Shown here in pieces: positions 53,342-64,000 of a stretch of DNA of 64,000 nucleotides. Every line of letters starts with the position of its first letter. The stretch's first letter is position 1. The stretch is taken from NCBI RefSeq assembly GCF_963921235.1, contig NC_086097.1, positions 58,406,001 through 58,470,000 of the forward strand, in the 5' to 3' direction. A model generated the notes under the pieces. That model did not search any database and was not told the origin of the DNA. It was given only the letters and a program-made list of their open reading frames with translations. This DNA is from Mobula hypostoma (Eukaryota). The position numbers and the translations under genes were made by a program.

Positions 53342-53355
53342 AGACAGATTTGACT

Positions 53356-53391
53356 AGTCCTGACGAAGGGTCTCGGCCTGAAACGTCGACT
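53356..53391 (+). ncRNA. Minimal hammerhead ribozyme motif
   Basis: AGTC-CTGACGA-AGGGTCTCGGCCT-GAAA-CGTC^GACT; all core nucleotides present; predicted cut after 53387. Confidence 0.75.
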
Positions 53392-53949
53392 GCGCCTCTT
53401 CCTATAGATGCTGCTTGGCCTGCTGCGTTCACCAGCAACTTTGATCTTTTATGGACTTGTTTTGTCTTCATTGTTGGCTCTTTTTGTGTAACATGCAATG
53501 TGCTGGCAAGTGTATGCTTGTTTAACTTGCACGTTCAGCATATTCTTTATGATGATGATGAAATGTTGAGCATGTGGGTGTACAAATTGTAAAAGCTGGG
53601 GAAAAATTAATGGTTTCAATTGTGTGCTCTGATTTGGAAGGCATATTTTAAAATGATTTTTTAGTGTTTTGGGGCTTACAGTTCAAGTTAAGACTTTTAA
53701 ATGGTTGTGCAACTGACTGATCCTTTTGACTGATGAATAACGGTCATGAATTTGAGGATAATTTCTATTAAATGTTCCAAAATGAAGATATTGTTAAGGG
53801 TTTATCTTTGTTTAAAACGTGTGACAGTTTCTCTCTCTTCTGAGAGAACAGGGTTGAGTGTGTGCTGAAGTGCGTGTCAATCTTTTTAAGTCTGAATATG
53901 AATTATGTAGAAAAAATAGATGATAAGACAAAGATTGAATGACATAATT

Positions 53950-55175
53950 CTGCTCCTATCAAGTTGACCACACCATTTGATCATGGCTGAGTTATTTTCC
54001 ATTTTTAAAGCTATTTCTCCCAATAACCTGTAACACCCTTACTAATCAAGAACCTATCAATTTCTGCTTTAAATATGCCCAATGACTTGGTGCTACAGCC
54101 ATCTGTGGCAATAAATTCCACAGATTCACCAGCCTCTGGCTATAGAGATTCTTTCTATCCCTGTTTTAAAGGGACACTCGTGTATTCTGAGGGTTGATCT
54201 CTGGTCCTAGAGTCTCCTACTGTCGGAACCATCCTCTGCATGTCCACTCTAACTATGACTTTCAATATTTGGTAGATTTCAATGAGATCCCACCCCCTCA
54301 TTCTTATAATGAGGGAGTACATGCCTAGAGCCATCACACACTCCTCCTACATTAATCCTTACAGTCCTGGAATCATTCTCATAAGCGAGTTCTAGACCCT
54401 CCCCCATGCTCACACATCCTTTCTTAGATATGGAGCCTAAAGCTGCTCACAATGCTCTAAACGTGGTCTTACCAATGTCTTATGAGGCCTCAGCATTACA
54501 TCCTTGCCTTCATACTCTGATATGAATGCTAACATTGCACTTGCCGTACTTACTACTGACTCAACCTGCAAATTAACCTTTAGGAATCCTGCAGTATGGC
54601 ACCCTAGTCTCTTTGCTCAGATGATTTCTAAATTTGTTACAACTTTATTACTTTTACCAAGTGCATGACCTTACACTTCCCTATACTGTATTCCCTCTGC
54701 CACTTCTTTGTCCATTTTCCTACTCTGCCTAAGTCCTTCTGCAGACTCCCTGCTTCTTCAGCACTACCTGTCTCTCCACCTATCTCTGCATCATCTGCAA
54801 ACATGGCCACAAAGACATTAATTCCATCATGTAGAACGTTAACATATAATGTGGGTCGTAACAGATACAACACAGACCTCTGTGGAACACCACTGGTTAC
54901 CAGCAGCCAACCAGAAGAGGCTTCCTTTATTCACACTCTTTGCTTCTGCAGCCAGCCAATCTTCGATCCATGCTAGTATCTTTCCTGTATTACCATGGGC
55001 TCCTGTCTTGTTTAGCAGCCTCACGCATGGCACTTTGTGAAAGGCCTTCTGAAAATCCAAGTAAACAACATTCACGGACTCTCCTTTGTCCATCCTGTTT
55101 GTTATTTCCTCAAAGAATTCCAGCAGATTTGTCAGGCAAGATTTGCCCTTAAGCAAACTGTGCTAAATCTGGCCT
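53950..55175 (-). mobile_element. Degenerate CR1 LINE (RT to 3' end)
   Basis: KGKSCLTNLLEFFEE, YLDFQKAF and MFADD motifs in broken frames. Confidence 0.85.
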
Positions 55176-55203
55176 TTTTCCAAGTTCACGTTTAATTGTC
55201 ATT

Positions 55204-55487
55204 GGGGTGTCATGGTGGCGTAGTGGTTAGCACGGCACTGTTACAGTTAGGGGTGTCGGAGTTCGGCATTCAATTCCGACATCATCTGTAGGGAGTTCTT
55301 CCCATAGATTGTGTGGGTTTTCTCTGGGTGCTCTGGTTTCCACCCAGCTTCCGAAGACTTGCTGGTTATTAGGTAAGTTGTTCATTCTGAATTGTCCCAT
55401 GATTAGGCTAGGTTGAATCAGTGGTTGCTGGGGCAATGCAGCTTGAAGAGCCTATTCCACGCTGTATCTCTAAAATAAATAAAATTA
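55204..55487 (+). mobile_element. V-SINE (HE1-like) with a CR1-type tail
   Basis: A box TGGCGTAGTGG, V-domain, and tail gcctattccacgctgtatctctaaaataaataaaat. Confidence 0.78.
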
Positions 55488-55699
55488 TACACATGTATAA
55501 AGCTACACTAAACAGTGCTCCTCCAGGACCAAAGTGCAGAACACAGTATATATACAGCATATGTACAGTAGTTACGATAGTAATTACAGTCACAGTATAA
55601 TATTAGCCCTAGCCCCTGTGTGGCATGGCTTGAAGATCGATGACGCGTAGGATGTTGTCCTGGAGCCATGTTTCTGCAAGAACAAGCATGCAGCAGTTC

Positions 55700-55808
55700 C
55701 TCATCTCCCGCTGGTTCAGCCCCAGATGAAGAGAGTCCAGCTCGTCTCGCACTGGTTCAGCCCGAGGTGAAGAGAGTCCAGCTCATCTCGCGCTGGTTCA
55801 GCCCCAGG
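55700..55808. repeat. 41-bp tandem repeat, about 2.7 copies
   Basis: Units start at 55700, 55741 and 55782 (ctcatctcgcgctggttcagccccaggtgaagagagtccag-like). Confidence 0.9.
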
Positions 55809-55891
55809 TCTCAGCCCGAAACGTCGACTGTACCTCTTCCTATGGATGCTGCCTGGCCTGCTGCGTTCACCAGCATTTTTTGTGTGTGTTG
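55806..55891 (+). mobile_element. Penelope-like terminal fragment (3' half of the hammerhead)
   Basis: ggtctcagcccGAAACGTCgactg...accagcattttt; lacks CTGANGA. Confidence 0.75.
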
Positions 55892-56354
55892 TTTACAAGG
55901 ATGTTGCCTGGATTGGGAAGCATGACTTATGAGAATAGGTTGAGTGAACTCGGCCTTTTCTCCTTGGAGTGACAGAGGATGAGAGGTGACCTGATAGAGG
56001 TGTACAAGATAATGAGAGGCATTAATCCTGTGGATAGTCAGAGGCTTTTCCCCAGGGCTGAAATGGCTAGCGAGAGGGCATAGTTTTAAGGTGCTTGGAA
56101 GTAGGTACAGAGGAGCTGTCAGGGGTAAGTTTTTTACACAGAGATTGGTGAGTGCGTGGAATGGGCTGCTGGCAGCGGTGGTGGAGGCGGAAACGATAGG
56201 GTCTTTCAAGAGACTCCTGGATGGCTACATGGAGCTTAGAAAAATGGAGGGCTATGGGTAAAGCCTAGGTAGTTCTAAGGTAGGGACATGTTCGGCACAG
56301 CTTTGTGGGCCGAAGGGTCTGTATTGTGCTGTAGGTTTTCTATGTTTCTATGTC
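55892..56354 (+). mobile_element. CR1 LINE 3' end
   Basis: Terminal coding similarity and a (TTTCTATG)n tail. Confidence 0.82.
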
Positions 56355-57251
56355 TAATTTATTAAGGGAAAAAATTTACTATACAGATACTTCAACCTTA
56401 GGTCTCTATAATCTGAACTAAATCAAAATAATGTCACTGTAAAGGTTGACTGATTCAAGTTTTGCCTTAATTATGTATTTCTTTTACAAAATCTTCATTT
56501 TCTTTCCTGTAATTGCAAACACCCGTCTATCCCATGTTCTGCCTGTGCTGTAATGCTGCTGACCTTTTCCAACATGTGCATGCCACTGACCTGAGAAGCC
56601 CTGCAAAGAGCCGGAAGGGCCTATTCTGCGCTACAGATAGAGAGATGGAGAAATATATAAATGATTGAAAAAGGGATTGTTCCATAGTCTATGCGCACAA
56701 TTTGAAGTCATTCGTTGGTTCTGAAAGCAGACGGAAGGAAAATTTGCATTCAGCAAGGTTAATATTTACTTACACAATTTTTAGTTAGACTTGTAGGGAT
56801 TTTGCCTTTTGGTATTTAGGCAACAGAATTTACCGGGAAATAAGGATACTGATTTGTAATAATGCCAGGATGAATAATCGCTTTATGCTGATGCAGGAAG
56901 TCCTAAACAATATGGAAATATTTTGGCAGGAAATGGTATTGATTGGCATTAATTTTCCATTCATTAGTTTTTCATTCTAAGAGAAGTCTGGGCAATAGAG
57001 CTTCTAATCTGATCAAGCAAGTAAGTTTTAAATTATTATTGCCTGACTATATAGGTATTTAATAATTGGAGTTGCTGACATAAATCTATTCAAAACTATT
57101 TGGATTCTAATTGTACATCAGTGTACTATTTTGTGTGTTAACTTTGTTAATCTGAGATAGTTTTACATGAAATATAATGGTACTGAAAATACAGTTGCTT
57201 TGTCATTTGGCCATACTTTTTAAAAAATACACATGAAAGAGTTGATGCTAT

Positions 57252-58131
57252 TGTCACGTTCCCCGTGACGGGTTTAAGAGCCAGCAGAGATGGAAAACAC
57301 TTTGAAGTCCGGTATTGCTATTAACTAATAATATTTATTAGTATCTACGCAATACAGTCATATAAATGCAGACAAATCAAACAGATTAGCAATGATTGTA
57401 TATAAGTAAGTGTGGAATATATATATGAAAACAAAGCTTCTTCAAGTCTAGGGGTAAATAGATAGTCTTACGATAATGAGTAAAGTTCAGTTCAGTTCGT
57501 GGCATTGAGTTGAGAAGTGATGGAGAGAGAGAGGGGGAGAGATTTGAGTATTCAGGTGAGCTGACGCTGTCGATCTTCTTGTTGTCCTCCGAAATACTTT
57601 AAAAGTCACTGGCTGTGACTTCAACAAAGGGGACTGTTCCTCTGTGGTGGAATCATCGACCCAGGCAAGGGTTGGACACATGGACGACTTCCTACCGGTC
57701 AATCCCTTTTCTCACTGCAAGAGCCACTGACCAATCCGCCTGATTGATCCTCCAAAAACCCATTTTTTCTGTGGGCACAACAAAGTTCATTCTGTGTCCA
57801 AAAACATGTGTTGCAGGTCTATCATCTGACCTCCTATTTTATCTCACCATACTATTTATCTCAAGTAACTCCTCCTTTCTTTGTCTGTGTAAGAATGCAC
57901 TAGCAGGCCATGTCCTTGGGAAGTATAAACACACCTCAGAGAAACCATAACATTGATTGTCCATCAAATAACGCCGCCCTCGGTCACCAGAGCGACTTAC
58001 GAGCTGCTCGGTGCCCTCTCTCTCCGAACTCAGCAGAAATCCAAAAGTTAGTCTCAGTTCCTCCTCATGCCTTAAAGTGTCAGTTCACATCAAATATGAA
58101 CCTTAGAGGTTCATAACACCATCTCAAAGCA

Positions 58132-58202
<71 letters not shown>

Positions 58203-58264
58203 AAAACACAGTTCATAGGGGTAATTAAGCACAGTTTACAGGGGTAATTCAGGACCCCGTCACA
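57252..58264 (-). mobile_element. Solo LTR, about 1 kb (Gypsy-like)
   Basis: TGTCACG...CGTCACA termini; 4-bp flanks CTAT/CTAC; AATAAA on the minus strand near 57335; shares blocks with the element at 63209. Confidence 0.7.
58133..58202. repeat. Compound (CT)n-(TCC)n-polyC microsatellite
   Basis: Read directly from the sequence; lies inside the solo LTR. Confidence 0.95.
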
Positions 58265-58767
58265 CTACAAACTGAATGAGGTGTGCACTTCAACCCTAAA
58301 TTCTATTACTACCATTGCAAAAAGCAATTGATGTGAAATAGCAGATCCTTATTCACTGGTATTCATCAGTTAGCCTTTATGATCTTTACTGAATTATTTT
58401 TAATATACAAAAGTGGTAGATTCTAACACATTATTATTAATCTAGTACATTTGGAAGTTTGACAATAGACTAGCAAATTTTCCAGTCTATTGGATATTTC
58501 TTTTAATTCCAGCCCCCAAGCAACGCATTATATTTTTCTTAGATATTACACAGTTCGATAAAACTCCAATAATTTGCTCTCTATTCAGAAATCATGGTGG
58601 TTCAGTATCTTGTGATATTTGCCATGCTTCCTTTTAACTCACTGAGGCACTGGTTCCTGTGATCTTTTAAACTAAATTAGTTCTCTGGAAAATTTATTAC
58701 AATACGATATAATTCCCAAACATCGGGTTTTGGGAATCCTGCATGGCTGGATATTATTCCTTTAAAG

Positions 58768-59760
58768 AGAACATAGAAAAGTACAGCACAGTACAAGTCC
58801 TATGGCTCATAGTGTTGTGCTAACTCTTTAACCTGCATCAAGATCAATTGAACTCTTCTTTTCCACATAGCCCTCGAATTTTCTTTCATCCATGTGTCTT
58901 AAGGATCTCTTAAATGTCCGTAATGTATCTGCCGCTACCATCACTTCTGGCGGCACATTCCATGCACCTGCATTATCTGTGTTTCTTAAAAAAAAACTCT
59001 GACATCCTCCCCTTATGCTTTCCTTCAAAATCCTTAAAATTAAGCCCCCTCATGTTAGCCATTTACACCCTGGGAAAAAGTCTCTGGCTGCCTACTCAAT
59101 CTATGCTTCTTATCGTCTTGTACATCTTCATCAGTTCACCTCTCTAATCCAGGCAGCATCCTAGTTAATCTCCTATGTGCCCTCTCTAAAGTTTTCAAGT
59201 ATTTTCCTATAATGAGGTGATCTGAACACAGTACTCCAAGTGTGGTCTAACCAGAGTTTTATAGAGCTGCAATGGAACCTCATGGCTCTTGAACCTAATC
59301 TGCAACTAATGAAGGCCAACACACCATATTGCCTTCATAACCACCCTATCAACTGGCACAGCAACTTTGAGGTATCTATGGACCTGAACCACAAGGTCCC
59401 TCTTTTCCCCCACTCTTGCCATTAAGCCTGTATTCTGCCTTCAAGTTCGGCCTTCCAGTGTGAGTCACTTCACTTTTTTCTGGATTGAACTCCACTGCCA
59501 CTTCTCAGCCCATTTCTGCATCCTATGTCCCTTTGTAATCTACAACAACCTTCCACAGTAGCTATAACACCACCCACCTTCCTGTCATCTGCAAACTTAC
59601 TAACCCAACCTTCCATTTTCTCATCTAAGTCATTTGTAAAAATCTCAGAGTCAGTGACCCAGAACAGATTCCTGTAGAACACTACTGGCCACCAGCCTCC
59701 AGGCAAAATATGTTCCATCTACAACCATCCTTTGCCTTCTGTGGGCAAGCCAATTCTGAG
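58768..59760 (-). mobile_element. Degenerate CR1 LINE fragment
   Basis: NDLDEKMEGWVSKFADD and a 3'-end match. Confidence 0.8.
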
Positions 59761-60249
59761 ATTGAGACTCAAATTTATATTATCACATGTACACTGAAAC
59801 ACACAGTGAAGTGTGTCACTTGTCTTGACAACCAACAAGACATTGGGATGTGCTGGGGGCAGTCTGCAAGTGCTGCCACACATTCCGGTGCCTAGAGGTC
59901 TCCTATATCTCTCACATCTTGTGTGAGGAGCACACCATTGAACCTGGGGATCTATTCGCACCACTCCCAATATTTTATGAATTCGTCTTTTTCAGATGCC
60001 ACACAGTATTATATACTTTCTGGTGACCTGTTGAGTAGGAGAGGAGTGTGGGGATCAGGGAGCCAGTGGGTGGAAGAAAGAGTGCAGCAAATATCGCCTT
60101 GGAGTTTGACGACAAACCTTGAGGATTTCTGAATAGTCAGAATGGCTGTTTCTTTGAGTAAGCACTTGTGTGCAGCACTCGCAAGAGGGCACCATACAAG
60201 CTACCGATGAACTAAATGCGTAATACCCTCCAGAGTTTCCCGGGGGGGG

Positions 60250-62965
60250 GGGAATGAGGAGGTTGAGAGGACCTGTCTACAGGAAAAATCGACTCACTTG
60301 CAGCCATTGTGTTCAACTTGTTAAAGAGCAATTCAGCCCAATGGAGAAGAAAGGGAATCTTAAACCATCATGGCAACCAAACAGGAGGGAAAGGGAGATT
60401 CGCCACCTGAGAAGTGAGACAAAGACCCTGAACAAACAATTCACCTGACGAAGAAGAAGATGTCAAAGATCTAACCAGCAAAGTGCGGGAACAGCTGTGC
60501 AAGCTCAGGAGGTGGACAACTGCAGAAGAGAGAAGGAGAGCACAGTTTGTTAGAAACCCATTCAGGTTTGCCAGTGCTCTACTAAACCAGTGAAAATCTG
60601 GCACCCTAACCAGCTCAAAGCAGGAGGTTGAAGAATTCCTGCAGGAATTACACAACGATCTCCTTAGGAATTAGGTACTAGAATTCAATCCAAAAGTCCC
60701 CCAATCAAGAATCTCAGCTACTGAGCTGAACATGGCAGAGCCCACGTGGTAGGCGGTCCAGGATACCATCAAGAGAGCAAAGTCATCTGCCGCCTAGGAT
60801 CAAGTGGTATACCCTACAAGGTGTATAAGAAATGCCTAAGACTCCTCTGAAGGTTGCAGAAGATGATGAGGAAGATTAGGACTGAAGGCTGTATTGCACT
60901 CAGCTGGAAAATGGCTGAAGGATGCTTTGTTCTCAAGGGAGAAGATTCCTCCACAATCACCCAGTTTCGGACAATCTCCTCCTTAGCGTGGAGTGCAAAA
61001 TATCCTTCTTGGTGCTCGTGAGAAGGCTGACCTCTTACTTCATGGAGAACCACTATTTTAACACATCCATCCAGAGGGGTGACATCCCGGGTTTTTCTGG
61101 GTGCCTTGAACACATCTCAATAATCAGCCAATTGATCCGCGAGGCTAGATAGAAGAAAGGTGACCTAACAGTCATCTGGTTAGACCTAGCCAATGTCTAC
61201 AGATCAATTCCACATATCCTCATCCAGGTTGGCCTGGACCACTACTATATCCCGCCAGTAACGCAAGACGTGCTCACCAGCTACCTAGGAGGATTCAAGG
61301 TATGCTTCACTTCAGCCCACTTTACAACCAGGTGGCAAGACCTCCAAAAAGGGATTCCAATGGGCTGTACCATCTCCCTCATCTTGTTCGTCATGGGCGT
61401 GAACCTTCTCAGACCAGCAGCAGCAGACATAGCATGGCATCCGACAACCTGCAATACAGAGGTTCATGGATGACATCACAGTAACCACTGTAACCCATAT
61501 CCTAGCAAGATGGATACTGGAAACTCTGGACAATATAGCTACCTGGGTTGGGATGACCGTCAAGGCCAGGAAGTACAGATGCATGGTGATCAAAAAGGAC
61601 AAGGTTACTAGCTAATCTAGTCTTCAAGTACAGGGAGAAGCCATTCCACCCATAGAGGACAACCCAGTAAAGTGTCTTGGAAAGTGATTTAATGCAGCAA
61701 TGCCAGACAGCACCAACATCACCAATGCTATAAAGCAGACTGAAGAGTGGCTGAAGAAGATCAACAAAACTGGATTCCCTGGTAAATTTAAGATATGGCT
61801 GTACCAATATGGTCTTCTACCAAGGTTGTTCTGGCTTTTCACAGTGTACAAGTTCCCCATGACCATTGTAGAAGGCATCGAGAGGAAAGTCAAAAAACAC
61901 CTGCGGAGGTGGCTGGGGATTCCCCCAAAGTTTTTTTCAGTGGGTCTTTACATAAGATCAGGCCAGCTACAGCTCCCATTGTCATCGATAGTGGAGGTGT
62001 TCAAGGTGGCAAAGTGTAGAGTTGTGTTAACCCTGACGGGCTTGGATGACAAGCTAATAAACCAAGCAGGAACTGTGACAAGATTGAGCCGAAATTGGGC
62101 CATCAGCTCAGCCATAGACCAGGCAGTGAGCTCCCTGCAATTGAGAGACATTATTGGCAACCCATGCCTGTGCCAGTAAGGCTTTGGCTCTGCAATGATG
62201 GGAGAGTGCATGTGCAAGGGGTAGGCAGGATGTGGCTCAAGTAGAGGTATGAAACCGTGAGGATGAAAGGTGGTTATCAAAGTACTGGAATTGGAGTCAC
62301 AGGGTGCCTGGACGAAATGGGATCTTCTCAAACACAAGATCACTTGGGCAGAGCTTTGGGGAGTGGAGCCCTTCCAAGTTTCTTTCCTCCTGCGGTCCGT
62401 GTACGACTCTCTCCCGACACCATCACAGCTGCACACATGGGGGTTGAGAGAGGACCCTAACTGCAAGCTTTGTGGTCAGCAGGGTTCACTGGCACACAGA
62501 CTGTCAGGATGCAAAACAGCTTCAACACAGGGCAGTGTAGGTGGCGCCACAACAAGGTCCTGCTGTCCCTTGCTGACTCACTGGAGCAGAAGAGGTGTCA
62601 AAAGAGACCAGCTGGCAGAGAGGCAAACAGGGCAGTCATTTTCATCAAGGAGAGGGCCACACCAAATGTATCAAAGATACTTAAATCCAACCTGCTACAA
62701 ACTGCCAACTCATGGGAGATGAGGGTCGATGTGGGGAGGAAGCTGCAGATCCTGGAGGTTGCAGACCACACTTCGATCAGACATCGTACCGTGGCCCACC
62801 GGAGACAATAAAATCATCCTGGTGGAGCCCGCCGTACCATGGGAGGAAGGATGCAAGGATGCTCACGAGAAGAAGGCTCTGAAGTGCCTGTCCTTAGTTC
62901 AGGAGTGCAGAGACAATGGATGGCAGACGTGTCTTCCCTATGGAGATCGGCTGTAGAAGATTCCT
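60250..62965 (+). mobile_element. Degenerate RLE-type non-LTR retrotransposon (HERO-like), second subfamily
   Basis: IQRGDIPGFSGCLEH, GIPMGCTIS, FMDD, GKFKIWLYQYGLLPRL, a CKLC..H..C knuckle, WRHN, and an endonuclease-like RSDIV...IILVE segment. Confidence 0.85.
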
Positions 62966-63208
62966 GAGCAACTTCAGAAATAAGTAGCTCAAGTGATTTT
63001 AAGGCACATTGAAGATAGAATGTGTTAACTTATATTTTCTGAATTGCATAAAGACCTTGAAATTAGATTGTACTGCTTTCAATTTTAGTGAAATATTAAT
63101 GTGTACCTAAGTCTTGGGAATTTGTATGAAGCCCAGGATTTTTCCTTCAAAATGTTCAGTGCCCTTATCCCACAGAAGAATTGGACATGCATTTGAATGA
63201 AATGGCAT

Positions 63209-64000
63209 TGTTACGTACCCCGTAACTGGGTTGCCAAACCAGCAGAAATGGACCACTTAGTTGGAGTCTGGATTACTGGAACTAAGAGAATTTTATTAAA
63301 GAAATAAGCAACACAGTACTCTAATCAAAAGGATATAAATGCAACAGTTTAGCAACGATAAAACACACGTACACAGAACTAGGATAATAGGATCAATCAA
63401 GCTCTATCGCAGTCCAGGGGTAAATGATCAGTTTCAAGTGACGCAAAGTTCAGTTCAGTTCGCAGTAATCGCTGTTGTGCAGTTGGGGCGGGGAGAAGAG
63501 AGAGAGAGAACGAATGAATATGCAAATCGGATTCCAAACAGACCTTCGATATTCCTCGCAGTTAGCTTTCGGGCGAGCCCTTTGTAATGTCTTCTGAGGT
63601 CACTAACTGTGACCCCTCCGTTCCAGATACGATCGTTCTTCTGCGGTGAACCCGGCACCCAGGCAAGGGCGGACACACACACCAGGTTCCCACCCGACTG
63701 TATCTTTCCACCCTGTGCGTCTATGGCTGGTCCTGCGACCAGACCTCCAAAGACTCCCACCAACTTGTGGAGGGGGGGCACACCGCTTTCAGGGTCTCGT
63801 TACCTAGTGGAGTCGTGTGTCTGTTGCCTTAGCGAACCTGTCCCTTCTTATCCCCCTGCTGGGGTATCGCCTGTCCATCAAACTTCAAACAGTTCAGGGT
63901 TCAAAGCCACCGGTCTCTGACAATACTCGGAACAGTGTCTCCTTTCGGTAATCTCTCTCGTCTCTCTCTTATTAGCATCTTGCATGTACCCCCATCGTCC
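63209..64000 (-). mobile_element. LTR related to 57252-58264, running off the end of the window
   Basis: TGTTACG start; shared blocks cagcaga.atgga, tttatta, agttcagttc and cccaggcaaggg..ggacaca. Confidence 0.65.

Larger units (their letters stand above)
53209..53445. mobile_element. Penelope-derived fold-back mini-element with a hammerhead on each strand
   Basis: Perfect 92-bp inverted arms at 53252-53343 and 53354-53445; TSD ATCTTTTATGGA (53197-53208 and 53444-53455). Confidence 0.9.

Noticed and set aside
55700..55808. 41-bp repeats as a CRISPR-like array
   Set aside because: The units are contiguous with no unique spacers, there are no cas genes, and the context is eukaryotic.
27477..55891. 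Idea that sense-strand hammerheads were selectively disabled to protect the DAAM1 pre-mRNA
   Set aside because: The sense copies are indeed mutated, truncated or sequestered. However, the antisense copies at 27477 and 27855 are also damaged (ACAU, CUGACAA) in a way that CpG decay explains, and the sample is too small.

Overview
Eukaryotic vertebrate genomic DNA, most likely from a cartilaginous fish (shark or ray; inferred from HE1/V-SINE- and HER1/CR1-type repeats). The window holds the middle of one large plus-strand gene, the formin DAAM1. There are 15 coding exons from 24518 to 52735 (1937 nt), running from the GBD/FH3 region through the coiled coil and FH1 to the start of FH2. They include a 30-nt microexon (51616-51645) and two apparent GC splice donors. 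The first coding exon and the rest of FH2 were not found in the window. The introns are full of mostly dead transposons: two HERO-like RLE non-LTR elements, many Rex1/Babar and CR1 LINE fragments, V-SINEs, a deleted Tigger element nested in a LINE tail, a deleted Gypsy element with short LTRs, LTR remnants and Penelope-like (PLE) 3' ends. The most striking signal is a family of short PLE-derived inserts flanked by target-site duplications (TSDs). Each carries a minimal hammerhead ribozyme motif (CUGANGA...GAAACGUC), and several are fold-back inverted repeats, including a perfect 92-bp-arm hairpin at 53252-53445. Family assignments come from recalled motifs; no database search was run.
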